Source of the DNA: Welwitschia mirabilis
Taxonomy: Eukaryota
DNA: 64,000 nucleotides
Direction: 5' to 3'
Assembly: GCA_051453625.1 (NCBI GenBank)
Contig: JBOZIK010000001.1
Span: 29,013,138-29,077,137, forward strand
Shown here: positions 51,512 through 64,000 of the stretch, piece after piece
How positions within the stretch are numbered: position 1 is the stretch's first letter
Layout of the letters: every line of letters starts with the position of its first letter
The notes under the pieces: model-generated
What the model saw: only the letters and a program-made list of their open reading frames with translations
Databases searched by the model: none
What the model was told of the DNA's origin: nothing
Position numbers and translations under genes: made by a program

Positions 51512-53791
51512 CAGTCATCTTTTGGAGGGCTGTGTAGGGATTGTTTCAAACTCCTTAGTTTGGAAAATTTCAGGTAACCTTTTTTCCATAGCTTTAGTAT
51601 ATCATTTCCTATGTGCACAACAATAAAAGAGTGACTGTTTTGATCTTATCTAGAATCATTTTGTTATTCCAAACTTCTCCTTCATCGCTTGACTGGCTTG
51701 TAGTAATGGACTATTTACCAAAGCCAGGATCATTAAGATGGGAATGCAAATTAACCCAAACTATATTTTCTGTGGCTTGGCAGAAGAGTCTAGAAATCAC
51801 CTCTTTTTTTGAATGTCCTCTGTGTGCTTTCCTCTTTAGGTCATCCCTAAATTTGGTTGATGTAAGCGTGTCAAACTTTTCATGGAGGGAGATTTTTTAT
51901 TTTTGGCTTAAAAAGAATTACAAAACTAGGACCACCTAGCATGAACTCATATGTTTTATAATCACATGGTGCATTTATCACATTTGAAAAGCTAGGAATG
52001 GAAAAATATTTAAGCAAATAGATTTCAATTGTGGCTCCATTATTAAAGAGATCAAGTTTTATCTATCTATTCATCTAGAGTCAATTAAACAACTGAAAGA
52101 TATGAGGAAGAACAGAGCCTGGTGCCAATCAGTGGGGTTTTCTCCACTCCTTCTGAACTCAGTGTGTCCTACATAATTGCATCAGTGTTATTCTTTTCTT
52201 GTACTCAGTTTTATATCTTCCAGGGTCCACAAGTTTAAGTTCCTCATTCTGGATAGGCATAGATTTCTTTGGTTATGATGCATTGAGGGCCTCCTCAGTG
52301 AGTACTCTGAATTACCCTCCCAAGTATTTTACTTTTATCCATTTTATCTGGGCTAGATTACATAGTTTTACAAGTTGAGGACTATGCATTTTGGCCTATC
52401 TGCCTTTAGCCTGTCTTTCAGGTTGGTATTTAGAGACATTTTGTTTTGTATTAAAGTCTTGTATGATCTATATCCTTTATGAAGTATAGTATTTATGAGC
52501 TTTTCATTGAACATATGATTTGACGAGAATAACCCCCAGAGGTCCCTTCTCTATCAGTATTTCATACCAGTGTGGAGGACATAACTCATAGTCTAGATCC
52601 TTTTCATCATTAGTGAATAATTCTGTTATAATTTCTTGTTGCTTTCCTCTTGAAAAATAGACGTTTTCTTTTTCCACCCAGAAAGAAGTAGGCGAAACAG
52701 AAGATAATGTCAAAAAAAAACCTATGTGGCCCTTCTAATCTCTCANNNNNNNNNNATTTTAGCTAAAACTAGCCTTAGTATCTGGAATTTATTTCTGCTA
52801 GTTCTCTAAGCTTAAAACTCTACTCAATAGAAGGAGATAGAGGAAGCAGATGATAAAGCTTCAAAACCTCAGATAAAAGGCACGTGCGAAGCCTAGCCAG
52901 GTTACTTCTTCATAGTTATTTAATCTTTGGCCTTTATATTTATCCTCTATTATTATCCATGTCTTTCAATGGAATTCTTAGTTTGTAGGTTTATGGAGTA
53001 CGATGTTGGGCCTCATTAAGTGCCTACAACCTAATTTTCAAAGTGCCTACAATGTACGTTTTAGGCTGATATTTAGAGTTATTTTGTTTATTGATCATCG
53101 TCTTTTGTGGGCTTATAATCCTACTATTAAGTTTAAGATCTATGAGGCCTCCATTAAAGATATGAATTAGCAAGTAATAGCTTGATCTGTGGCTCCATTT
53201 GCCTTCGTATTAGGTGTCTCTCTTTCTGTCTTGAACTATACTAGAACTAGTAACTTTCTTTTCTTAAAATATGGAGTATATTCATGGCCTCAGTAATTCT
53301 TACTATTGCGAGGGACATAACCTCACAGTCAGAGCTTGCAATATCAGCATCATAATGTAGGATTTTGTTTTAAAGTCTAAGTGATTGTCTTTTGAAATAA
53401 GCCCTATTCAGGCATTTCCAGAAAGCAGTAATTGGAACTAAATATGATGCAAAGAAAATTTTTCATATATATGTATCATTCACCAAGCTTTTTACCTTAG
53501 CTGATGTAAATTTATATGAAGTTTCTTCTTATCCTTATAGAAGTGTGGTTCCCTTTTGGTGTCTCATAATTGGCTTGAAGCTTATCTCAGTGTTGGAAGT
53601 TGTTTTTCCGAGGCCTATAGCCATTTTTTAGGCTAGTCTTCAGTATGATCTATATTTTTGTGTATATTAACTAGCATCTATTAGCCTATCAATAATCCTT
53701 TACCATCGGAGGCTATCTCTCATGTAATTTGTTTGGGTTTGTACTTTAATGATCTAGTAATGAAACTCCTCTAATTTTCATTCAAAAAAAA
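51512..53791 (+). mobile_element. 5'-truncated L1-clade LINE inserted in the gag of element A
   Basis: zf-RVT relic (IFCGLAEES...FFECPLC), long 3' UTR, AATGAAA...TTTCATTc plus A8, target-site duplication AATAACTTTGA (about 51466 and 53790). Confidence 0.88.
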
Positions 53792-56700
53792 TAACTTTGA
53801 TGTTAATAATTAAATACATGAATTATCAAGAAGAGAATAACTCATTTCCATCTCATTCAAACCATTGACTATTAAACCTGAATTTCTTATCTATTACTTT
53901 AACTTCCATGGAATACCTGAGTATGCTTTTCTATCCATTTATTAAAATACTATAAATAAACAAGTTAATACCATAGGATATTAGTGGCAGAGTTGAAATG
54001 ACCCATATTTAAAACCTAACAACCTTAGGTGAAGGAATCATCTTCATTTTTTTTGGGAGAAAAAATAATTTTCCATTAATTAATGAAGAAGCCTGTTTTC
54101 CTTATCATTAAACCCATGAAAATCCTCATCACCTACTCCATTGAAGGAATCATTAAGAAAATTCATAAAACCCCAAGCCCAAACTAACCATAATCATGAA
54201 CAAACTCTTAAGAAATACTCCTCCTCCTTGAGAAATATTGAATAGAACATTCATTAACTTTAAATCCAAATTATCTCTTTCTTAAACTAAAGAGAACTTG
54301 GTAAAATCCTTATAAGCTCATAATTAAATCCAAAATAAGTTAGATTCACAAAGGATTATTTCCAACTAGATCATGATAATTAGAACTAGTTAGATTCACA
54401 AAGGATTATTTTCAACTAGATCATGATAATTAGAACTATTCATCACAAGAGTGGAAAGGAGTTGAATAAATTATTTGAACAAAAAATAACTGAAGGAAAA
54501 CTAATCTCCATATAAAATAATAAGAAGAATGAAAAATTAGAAGAATCGTTTTCTATTTAACAAGAATATCAATCCTTTCCACAATAACTTAGGAAGGTAA
54601 ACTTTAAAAATAAATAATTAGTAGCTTTAGAAGTTTTCAAAGAGAACAGAATTAACACACAACTATTAAATGTAATTATAAAAATCATCCTCTTACATAA
54701 AATTCCCAAAAAATATGCATACAACTAATGGAAAGATGCATGTTTAAAAAAGTCCTTTTTAGCATAGTAAATGATTGAAATAATAAAATATCAAATACTT
54801 TCCAAGTATAATGATCATTGTCATCTCATAATCGTAATCATGATTGGAGATAACATCTTAGTAAACCTTCTTATGTCTAAAAGTAAGTTTAAATCTTTTA
54901 TCCCACTTGGTTTACAAGGAATGTGGCCTTAATAATCTTAAAAATAAAAGTAAAATTGTAATTAACATATAAATCATTAAAATCATCATTAGAAATTATT
55001 GAAAATACAATTGTGTAAAATAGATAATTTTTATTTTTAGGTAGAATTCATTATACTAGAGAGAAATGTAATGGAATACAAATCAGTTCTAGTCATATTA
55101 GGTAGACCTTTTCTAGAAACATCAAATGCTATTATTAATTACAAAAATGGTTGCATGAAAATTTATATTGGTAATTTAATAATGTATCTGAATGTTTTTA
55201 ACATTGTAGAATTTCTAAAGAATAATAATAATGCTAATTTTATATATGAAATTCATGATCTTGATCCCTCTCTTATTGAATTAGACATCCATTCTTCTCA
55301 TACTTATTTTAATGCTTTAAAATCATCCTTTAAAGGTTTATTAGAAAGGAATAAAAGTGTAATATAATTATATCTAAATGTGAATATTTATACTTTTCTA
55401 GATGCATCCCTATTATTCTTTTAAAGTTCTTACATGTATGTGAGTAGTTAATTAATTGAAATAATATCCATATACTCCCTTTTTAAATAACCAATATTTT
55501 GAGCCTCATAATTACAATGTTTTTAAATCTTTTACTTTCCATCCCTTTGAAAAATCCCCTTGAGATAATACTTCTTAGAGCATAATGAATTATTTAAATG
55601 CCAAGGACATTTTTCTTACTAATAACCATAGCCACCACTATCCATTCAAATGATTTCACACATCTACTTCATTTTCTAATCCCCAAATCAAGTATACAAA
55701 TCATCCACCATTATCAGATCCATGAGTTCCTAAGATATATTAATCTTAATTAATGGTTCCTAATAAATAAATTATTAATATGCGATTATTTTTTCATTAT
55801 AAGTTAGGTAGAATTTAAGTTTATTTATATTTTTTAAGAAATGATTTTTCTCATTTTTGAGTTATCTTTTAAGACTAGTTTCAGTTAAGGCCTTTATTTG
55901 AAAAATTTGGTTTTAAAAGGTGGAATTTACTTTTATATTCTATTTCATGTCTTAAAGAATTTTTATGAGGATAAATTTTTTCTTGATTAGGCTAAAAATT
56001 CAATAACCCCTTTTATGTGCATTTAAAAAAAGAAAATAAATTATCTTTTCTAACTCCTTTTACATGCATTTAAGCAAAAAAAAGAGAATGAGAAGTAGAG
56101 AATAAAATAAAATAAACTGTCTCTTCTCTAAAAGCATATTATATTTTGATTAATTAAATTAGGTTTAGTTAATTATTTAAGGCTATAGACACTTACTGAT
56201 AATGTAGCTATAGTTATCTATTTATAACATGTTAAACTACATTGGGGCTATAAACACCCATTGGCAATATAGTACTTACTTTTTCACGAAACAACATGCT
56301 TAGTTCTATTAGAACAATATGTCATAATAATGGATGCTTAATTTGATATAAATACTTAAAATGAAAGTAAATGTGATTGTGGAAAAGGTAAAAATTAGAA
56401 AGAAAAGCTAGGATTTAGAGATACTTATATGACTACTTTCTTTATCCTATGTAAATAATTTTCTTTCTAATTTTTGGATTTTTATAGCTTTACTTAAAGG
56501 ATGTCTTGTTTTTTTTTGAAATGTAATCCATTTAAATTGAAATAAAATTCATAAAATTTTCAATAAAAATGGCCATTAATTTAGGTATTCTATCTTCTAG
56601 AATTATAATGAATGTGTTTCCTCATTGGATTTCATGTTTGAATTTCCATAAATTGCAATTTTAGTTATGATATTCTATGAAAGAAAAAATATCCATAGAT

Positions 56701-58166
56701 ACAACTTTGTTTCTAATGAAAAGAACTATCTGTCCATGTCTTAATTCTTATTTCAACTCATGCCTAAATGATTAATTTCATTCTTGCACCTATAAAAATC
56801 ATTATTTTATTATACTCTTCATCGATCTTTTAAATCTATTGTGTTATTCATGTTATCATCCATTTTTCAAATCTCAGTTTTAAACTCTTCTACAATATCA
56901 CTCATTTCATTTACAATATCTTTAATTTTATGTGTTCTTACTAAAATTTTCTAGAAATTAATTATGATCAATTTCCTACCATCTTATTTTACCTTATTAT
57001 TTTCATCTTAGTCCATTATCCTTACCTTTGCATTAATTCTAATTTGTAAAATAGTGATTAATGATTACTTCTAGGAGATTCTCTCTTTCTGCATTTTATT
57101 GTATGCTTTATAATGTATTGCATTAAAGTGTTTTTGCATGCTAGTATTATGTCTTCTAAAATGTTTTGATCAAAGTAAATTCCTAGATTGTTGTTTGAAA
57201 ATCCATGTAATTATTTGAAACCCTTTTATTCCTCCTCAAAATAGTTGTATTAAAATTTTATATCTTTTTAACTTTAAGGACAAGGTTCAATTTTAATTAG
57301 GGATATGACATCCATTTTTCATACAATTTTTTTGAAATTAATGCCTTACTTATTAATAATTAATAAATATTTTTTTGAAAAGTTATATTATTTGAACATT
57401 TGCCTTATAGGATTTTTCCATGTTTACCATTTCTTTATTAACTTTTTGTTTAGAATCTAGTAAACATCTAGTTAGTGGACATATTTACATTCTAAACATT
57501 AATAGTACAACCAAGTATATTTGATTAATTTAGGCTAATAGAAAATATTAAAACAGTAATTTTATCATGAAGTTATATCTATGACTACTGTATACATGAT
57601 TTATGAAATTATGAACTTTATCATAACATTTTTAGGTTAATTTTTACCTTCTAGAAACTTACTACAAAATGAAAAAATTCCATTAGAAAATGCTAGTGCC
57701 ACTGTGTAATGCATTAGCACCACTAGGTTTTAGGACATAATGAGTCCAAAACTACATCCTTACATGTTTATTGAAATTGCATCATATTTCACTTACAAGC
57801 TAAGTTAGAAATTAAATCAAAAGTAATCGACAACTTTGAAGATCCATGGTAGAGGCACAGAATGACATGTCATAGTAACATGTCATATACAGATGTGTGA
57901 TGGCATAGAAGACACATGGCAATAGCATTTGGTGGTAATAGAATCATCACCAAATACCATGTCATTACCACTTTTCATAAGGAAATAAAAAAGTCCTACT
58001 TAAAAGCTATATGAGAAAATTTATAACCTCCTCCTACTATAACCATGCAAAAGTGTAATTCCCTTATGTAACCACCACCAACTACTACATACCAAAGATG
58101 CCTAATCCTTTTTTCATCTATAAAATAACCTTAAGACCTCATTGTAAAGGCTCTTTGATTGATAGA

Positions 58167-59450
58167 TTATTAACTTATAGTATAATATCTAAATTCAAAA
58201 TTAATCTAGAAACTTATTTATCATTCTTCCTTAGGGATACCATTAGGTATTGGCTAGAATTACACTAACTTTAATCTTAATACAAGATACAAAAATAAAT
58301 GAAAATAGAAGAAGAGATAAAATGATTTTTAGAGTTTAAACTTTGTCTTGGAGAAAAGGGAAGAAAAATTACCTTAAGGTATTATCAATCTGTTCTATGT
58401 AATTATTCACTCTAAAATTGTTCAATTGCCTTTTTGCAAAAAAAGAAAAAAAGAAATAATTATATGCATTTGGCCCCATCCTTAGGGCATAATATCTTCC
58501 ACTATATGATAAATGATGAATCCAACTAATACTTAAGTCTTAAATAACAATAGAAAGTAAGGACTCCTAAAGCACCCAAGATCTATAAAATTAAAAGGTT
58601 AACTAATAAAGAGGAATTTATACAACTAAATTAACCTTAATAATTAAATAAGTTAACTAAGCATCCTTATTATGATATTACTCATAAATTAAGATTAAAG
58701 AAAAATAATGTTTCCATTACAAAAATAACAACTTTATAGGAATTAAAGAAGAAAGTAAGAAGAACTCCTTAGTAATCCTCAAATACTAGATCACTTCCCT
58801 AAAGAGTCTCTTAGAAATCCATCACAAGTTAATGCTTCAAAGTCTTTAAAAAGATGAATAGAATTAAGGGTTTAAGGTTCTTTTATAGGAAGAGATGAAG
58901 ATGAGGGATGGTTACAAGCTCTTGGTACATAATATTCATCATTTAGCATTTGGTACATAATATTCTTTTTTGTAGCATTAGATAGAAGTTTAATTATAAT
59001 GTTAAGTAGATAAGATTCTATCCTTTATCATTAGGTAGAATATTCATCATTTAGCATATAGAAGAAGTTGTTTTGTAGCATTTGATAAAGATCTTCATGT
59101 CATTTAATAGAATCTTCATCATGACTCATCTAACATGTGGTGTTTAGAGCTAGATTCCTCTACTAATAGGTGTTCATTCCATATTTCTTTAATGCCACAT
59201 CCACATGCATTTAACACATGTATTCTAATGCAATAATTATGTGTTAGCACATCATGCCTCCATTTCCACCATTATTTTTGTGTAAAATTGTGTTTTAAAA
59301 CGTAGCTAAACCTCTATAATTAATATAAAGAAAAACATAATATTTTTAATTAGAAGACATATTTTATGATTAGAAAAATTAAATTAATGTTTTTTAATAA
59401 TAAATTAGCCTAAAAACCTTGATATAAATGTCAATTTTCACATGTTAACA
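58167..59450 (-). repeat. 3' LTR of element B
   Basis: Aligns with 63095-64000, e.g. atatgataaatgatgaatc.aactaatac.taagtcttaaata. Confidence 0.8.
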
Positions 59451-62400
59451 CACTCCCTAACTAGTCTTTTGCTAGTGCCTTAGTAAAAGATCAATAACAA
59501 AATGGTTAATCATAGAAAAAATGTTTTTATTTAAAAAGTTCATTAAGTATGCAAATGATATAACTTAAAAATCTTGTAAGTAATTGCATGTAATTAAGAA
59601 ATTGAAGAAAAAAATTTTATTAAAAATTTAGATGTCATACACTCTAACCAAAACTTTACTTTGTCCTCAAAGTTTATGATAAAAATGTAAGTTATTTGAC
59701 AACATAGGTATAGACAGATCGTAAAGAGTTCTTTTATTAAAACTAATGTAATTTAATGATGTGTTTAAGTTATGAAAAGAGAAAATCTAAATAATATAAG
59801 GCTTACACTAAAATTAAATTTTTAGGGAATACAAAACATGCAATCTAATAAAAATCCTATCTAAAAATTCAAAAGATAGGTTACCTTGATTAATAGTCAT
59901 ATTTATTGAAAGTTCATAAATTTTATTCTACATTTAAACATGTCACATTATTAAACAAATAAGATATCATCTAAGTAATTATGCAAGTAATGAAAAATTA
60001 GTTAAGCAAAATCTGCAACTATGCAAGATAAAGAAAAGTAAACACAAAAAGCATATCCCAATTTCTAGCTTTTTCATTCCAATTTACCTTTCTTACAACC
60101 ATGCCTTATTCCTTGTTTTAAGAATTTTGATCTAATTAGGCATTCAGTGTTTATAGCCCTAATTCAATTGAACATGTCATAAGTTGAATAATGATATTAA
60201 TACATTAGTGCTATATTATCAACGAGTTAGTGCTATATTGTCAATAATTGTTTATAGCCTTGATGCAGTTGAACATATCATAAGCCAAATAATTAGAGTT
60301 GCATTACTCATGAGCATTTATATCTCTGATGTAGTTAACTAAATCCAATTTAATTATCAATAAATAATTTGCTTTTAGAGAGGATATATATATTTTTATT
60401 TTCTTTTAAATCATCCTTCTCATATTTAATAATTTTAAAGCACATAATGGTGTCATTGGGTTATTAGCCTAATCAAAATAAATCTTACCATTATAAAAAT
60501 GCTTGAAAAGCATTCACTTAATATAAAAATAGATTCCACCTTAATTTAACCATATGTTCACATTGAAAGACCTTTAATAAAACTATAGCTTCACAAGTTA
60601 ACTTGAAAGTAAGAAAAACATCTTCTTAAAAATTATAGGTAAGTGTAAATTCTACCTAGTTTAAAATAATAGCATGATCACTTATTAATGGTTTATTCAC
60701 TTATGGCCATCAACCAAGATCATCTAATCTTAATAACTCATGAATAGATGGAAGGGGAGGATGGGTGATGAACTTTATTTGCTAGAACAATAAAGATGAA
60801 AGAGATGAAAAATAGGGTTTGAGGCAGTAATGATTTATTCTATGTGTTGAATGGTATTTAGGATGTCTTAACTAAAAATATTGAAGTCTATGATCATACA
60901 GGTGAAAGATATTAGGAGGTTTAAGAAGTGAAAGGGCATCAAGAATAAAAGTTTTAAGAATTTTTAATTTTTTTCAAACCAAAATTTATTCTAAAAGGAA
61001 AATTCTACTCTAAAAGAAAATCCTAACTTAAAATCATACAAAGAAGCTAAAAATTTTTTGAGACATTTTCCAATTTATTACACATTTAAAGGCTTAAATA
61101 ATGAATGCAATGTCTAAATGATGTATCAAAATTATGCAATGCATTTAAAGATGAGATTGAATCCCTATAAACATCTATGCATGAATCTACAAAAATGGAA
61201 AGAACATTAATGCTCATAGTAAAATTAATGAATTCAAAATCAGCAATTTTTCAATCCTTGTCCTATTCATGTTTACTCCACAACTCATGCAAGATGTCAT
61301 TTTGGAATGTAGACAAAGATGAACTAGAAATCATTGAAACCTAATAATCATTAAGAAAGGTATTACAAGATGGTTTCAAAAGTGTGAGTTTTGTCTTCAT
61401 CATTAAGTCTTGCTTAGGAGATATAAATGAGAATGGCATTATTAATTGAAGGGATTATTAAAAACAATTTTTTAAAAGGTATATCTTGAAATGCCACTTT
61501 GTTAATGTTTGCTTTCTTTTAATAGTTAATAAAGGATTCTTCCTTATAATGTTGTGTAGGTGACATTAGTTAAAGTTCAAACCTAGTTTAATTCCACTAT
61601 TTTCCATGTTTTTCATCAATTATCCTATGATGTATAGCATTTAAATTTTTCTTTTCCTTAATATGTTTGCTTACTAGCTATGGATTGATCATCATTATTT
61701 AAACTTTCTAATCCTACTTAAAGTTATAGTCTATGTTCATGCAATTGTTCATTCTCTAAGTAATGTATAAACTCAAGGTTTGCTTGGATGTCTTCCTTGG
61801 TTTCTTTATAGTTTTATTCTTCATTCCTAAGGGCTAAGGTTTGGATATTGTTAATTTTAGTTTCACTAATTCTTTTAAAGTTTTCTAAGATTATATGTTT
61901 ATGAAATGTATAAAAGTCTTTCATTTATTCACATTTGTCTTTGGTTTGTTTGGTTAAATCCTTGATTTTTTTGTTCAAGTATTTCATTCATTTGCACTTG
62001 GAATTCCTTAAATCTTATAAGGATGTCTTCCAAGAAATTTAAAGAGGATTTTTAATCTTTAGAAGATGACAGAAATGAATATGAAGAGTAAGGATTAAAA
62101 TATGATAATTATGAGTATGATGATAAAATATTAGAATCATGAGGGGTAAAAGAAGGAATGGGCTTAAACTCCTATGAGTTGGTATAAGGATCTTCATATT
62201 CAGGATAAGGAGTTAAAGTAGAATTTGTAGCATTTTGGTTAAATGAATATGGAGAGGAGGGTAAAGAATAATGGTTGTGATAGTTGGGTTGGATGAAGTC
62301 CCTTAAGGTTTTCTTAGGCCTAATGTCATGACCTAGAATCTTGTGTTGAATATAATATGGAGTGTCATAGAATTATAAGTATTTCCATAAGTTAATTAGG

Positions 62401-63094
62401 GTTTATAAGATGTGTTAAACAGATTATTCACCAAACTTATGAATAGTTTTTAATAAAAATGAGTTTTAATTTTAAGGTTTATCTTCTTAATTAATTAAAT
62501 TTGTAGAGGGACTTATTACCTAAAACATTTTATAAACACGTTCTTGATTGCATACATAATGTTTATAGTGTTGAGGTCATAACAAAATAAAATATAGATG
62601 AAAAATATGAATAAAATCAAGCCTAAAATAATGAAATCATAAGAAAATTTTAAAGATCTTAATCATTTTACAAATACATCGAAACCACAAAAACAAAAAT
62701 AGAAAAACATAGAAAACACATAATAGAAAAAAAAGTACATAATGCAATCATAAAGTTTTATCAAAAGGTTTTTAAGTTTTTAAAGTTTTATTAACTCTAA
62801 AGTAATATGAAACAAATGTTAAACCTATAAAAAACAAGTTAAGAAATTAAAACAAACTTTAAAAACTAGACTAGTTCAGGATAACACTAGAAATGACTAG
62901 TACCAATCATTGGAAATAAAAAGAAAAGAAATACAAAATAAAAGTTAAAAAGGACCAGTTTGGGTATCACTAGAAGAAGGACTAGTAACCACCACTAGAG
63001 AAAAAAAAGTTATGTATAAAACTTGCAAAAAGAAAAACTACTACTCTGGTAACTTGCTACCCTATCATAATCCTTGATAATATAAACAAAATAC

Positions 63095-64000
63095 TGATTA
63101 ACATATAGTATAACATCTAATTTAAAACTAAGTTAAAAACTTAGTTATTATTATTCTTAGGGATAACATTGGATATTATCTAGAATTTCACTAACTTAAA
63201 TCTTCATGGAAGGTATAAAAAATAATAGAAGAGGTAAGAAGAGATGAAATGATTTTTAGTGTTAGAACTTTGTCTTAGAAAGAAGGGAAGCAAACTAGGT
63301 CCAAGATATCATAAATTCATCCTATGCAATATTTTACTTCAAAGTTGTCTAATTTCCTTTCTACAAAATAATAATAATTATCAGGTGCTTTTGATCTAAT
63401 TCATGAGGCATAATCTCATCCATCATATGATAAATGATGAATCAAACTAATACATAAGTCTTAAATAACAATATAAAGTAAGGACTCCTAATGCATTCAA
63501 GATTCATGAAATTAAAAGACTAAGTGATAAAGAAGAATTCAAACAACTAAATTAAACTTAATAGTTAAAGAAGTTAGTTAAGCATTCAAATTATGATATT
63601 ACTCAAGAATCAAGATTAAAGAAAAACAACTTTTGAATTATAAAAAAATAACTTTATGGTAAAGGAAGAAGGAAGCAGGAAGAAATCCTCAGTAAGCCTT
63701 AAATACTAGCTCACTCCTCTAAATAGTATACTAGAAAATCATACAAGCTAACGCTTCAAAGTCTCTTATTTTTACAAGGAAAATATGAATATAATGAAGG
63801 GTTTAAGGCCCTTTTATAAGGAAATAGTGGAGTAAAGGATTATTATAAGCTCTTGGGTTGTAGTGTTTAGTAGAATCTTCATCATTTAGCATTAGGTAAA
63901 TAAGCTTTTATCTTGTAGTATTAGGTATAATTTTCCTTATAGCATTAGGTAGATAATATTCTATCCTTTATAACTAGGTAAAATCTTTATCATTTATCAT
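63095..64000 (-). repeat. 5' LTR of element B (partial)
   Basis: Aligns with 58167-59040; ends in CA at 63095 on the minus strand. Confidence 0.8.

Larger units (their letters stand above)
46355..58150 (+). mobile_element. Athila-like Ty3/gypsy element A (gag plus protease, no RT/integrase seen), interrupted by nested insertions
   Basis: LTR homology 46355-46745 with 57440-57830 and 48705-49010 with 57845-58150; decayed PBS-like tgtatcattgcttggga at about 49750; gag FHSLELEDLYLHLKEF and IRLNIFLFSL (50910-51040); protease tail VILGRPFLETSNAIINYKNG (ORF 55071..55367). Confidence 0.8.
58167..64000 (-). mobile_element. Athila-like element B, inverted relative to A, running off the window end
   Basis: Direct repeats 58167-59040 and 63095-64000 (LTRs); PPT-like TAGGGAGTG|TGTTAAC at about 59445-59460; 62860-63000 and 60000-60700 are reverse-complement homologues of element A leader (49840-49980) and 3' region (55760-56430). 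Confidence 0.8.

Noticed and set aside
52504-52713. Antisense 69-aa ORF in a LINE 3' UTR (also ORFs 15418..15606 and 15771..15986)
   Set aside because: Non-ATG starts, no motif and no counterpart in the other LINE UTRs
54337-54438. Short two-copy tandem duplications (also 575-620, 14082-14160, 60205-60245) and the (TA)n run at about 12875
   Set aside because: Ordinary slippage or repair duplications inside dead elements

Overview
AT-rich, transposon-saturated flowering-plant nuclear DNA with three assembly gaps. CpG is almost absent and TE reading frames are riddled with TAG/TAA stops, consistent with long-term methylation-driven decay. I can support only one intact host gene: a two-exon minus-strand gene (28552-29741, about 250 aa) in a CpG-retaining island. 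It encodes two closely spaced plant-type C2H2 zinc fingers, about 3.5 copies of a 42-44 aa repeat that I do not recognise, and a C-terminal DLNxxP EAR repressor motif. The rest is nested, decayed mobile DNA. This includes two near-full-length L1-clade LINEs and four 5'-truncated ones that all end in the same AATGAAA...TTCATT stem-loop plus poly(A), although most of their long 3' UTRs look unrelated. There is also a cluster of about 207-bp TRIM units (tandem, inverted and fold-back), Ty1/copia and Ty3/gypsy relics, two tail-to-tail Athila-like elements, and a probable ancient CDKG-like kinase pseudogene. A shuffled mosaic of hairpin-bearing modules and a one-strand TTGAC array lie downstream of the zinc-finger gene. 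All alignments, translations and counts were done by eye; element boundaries are approximate.
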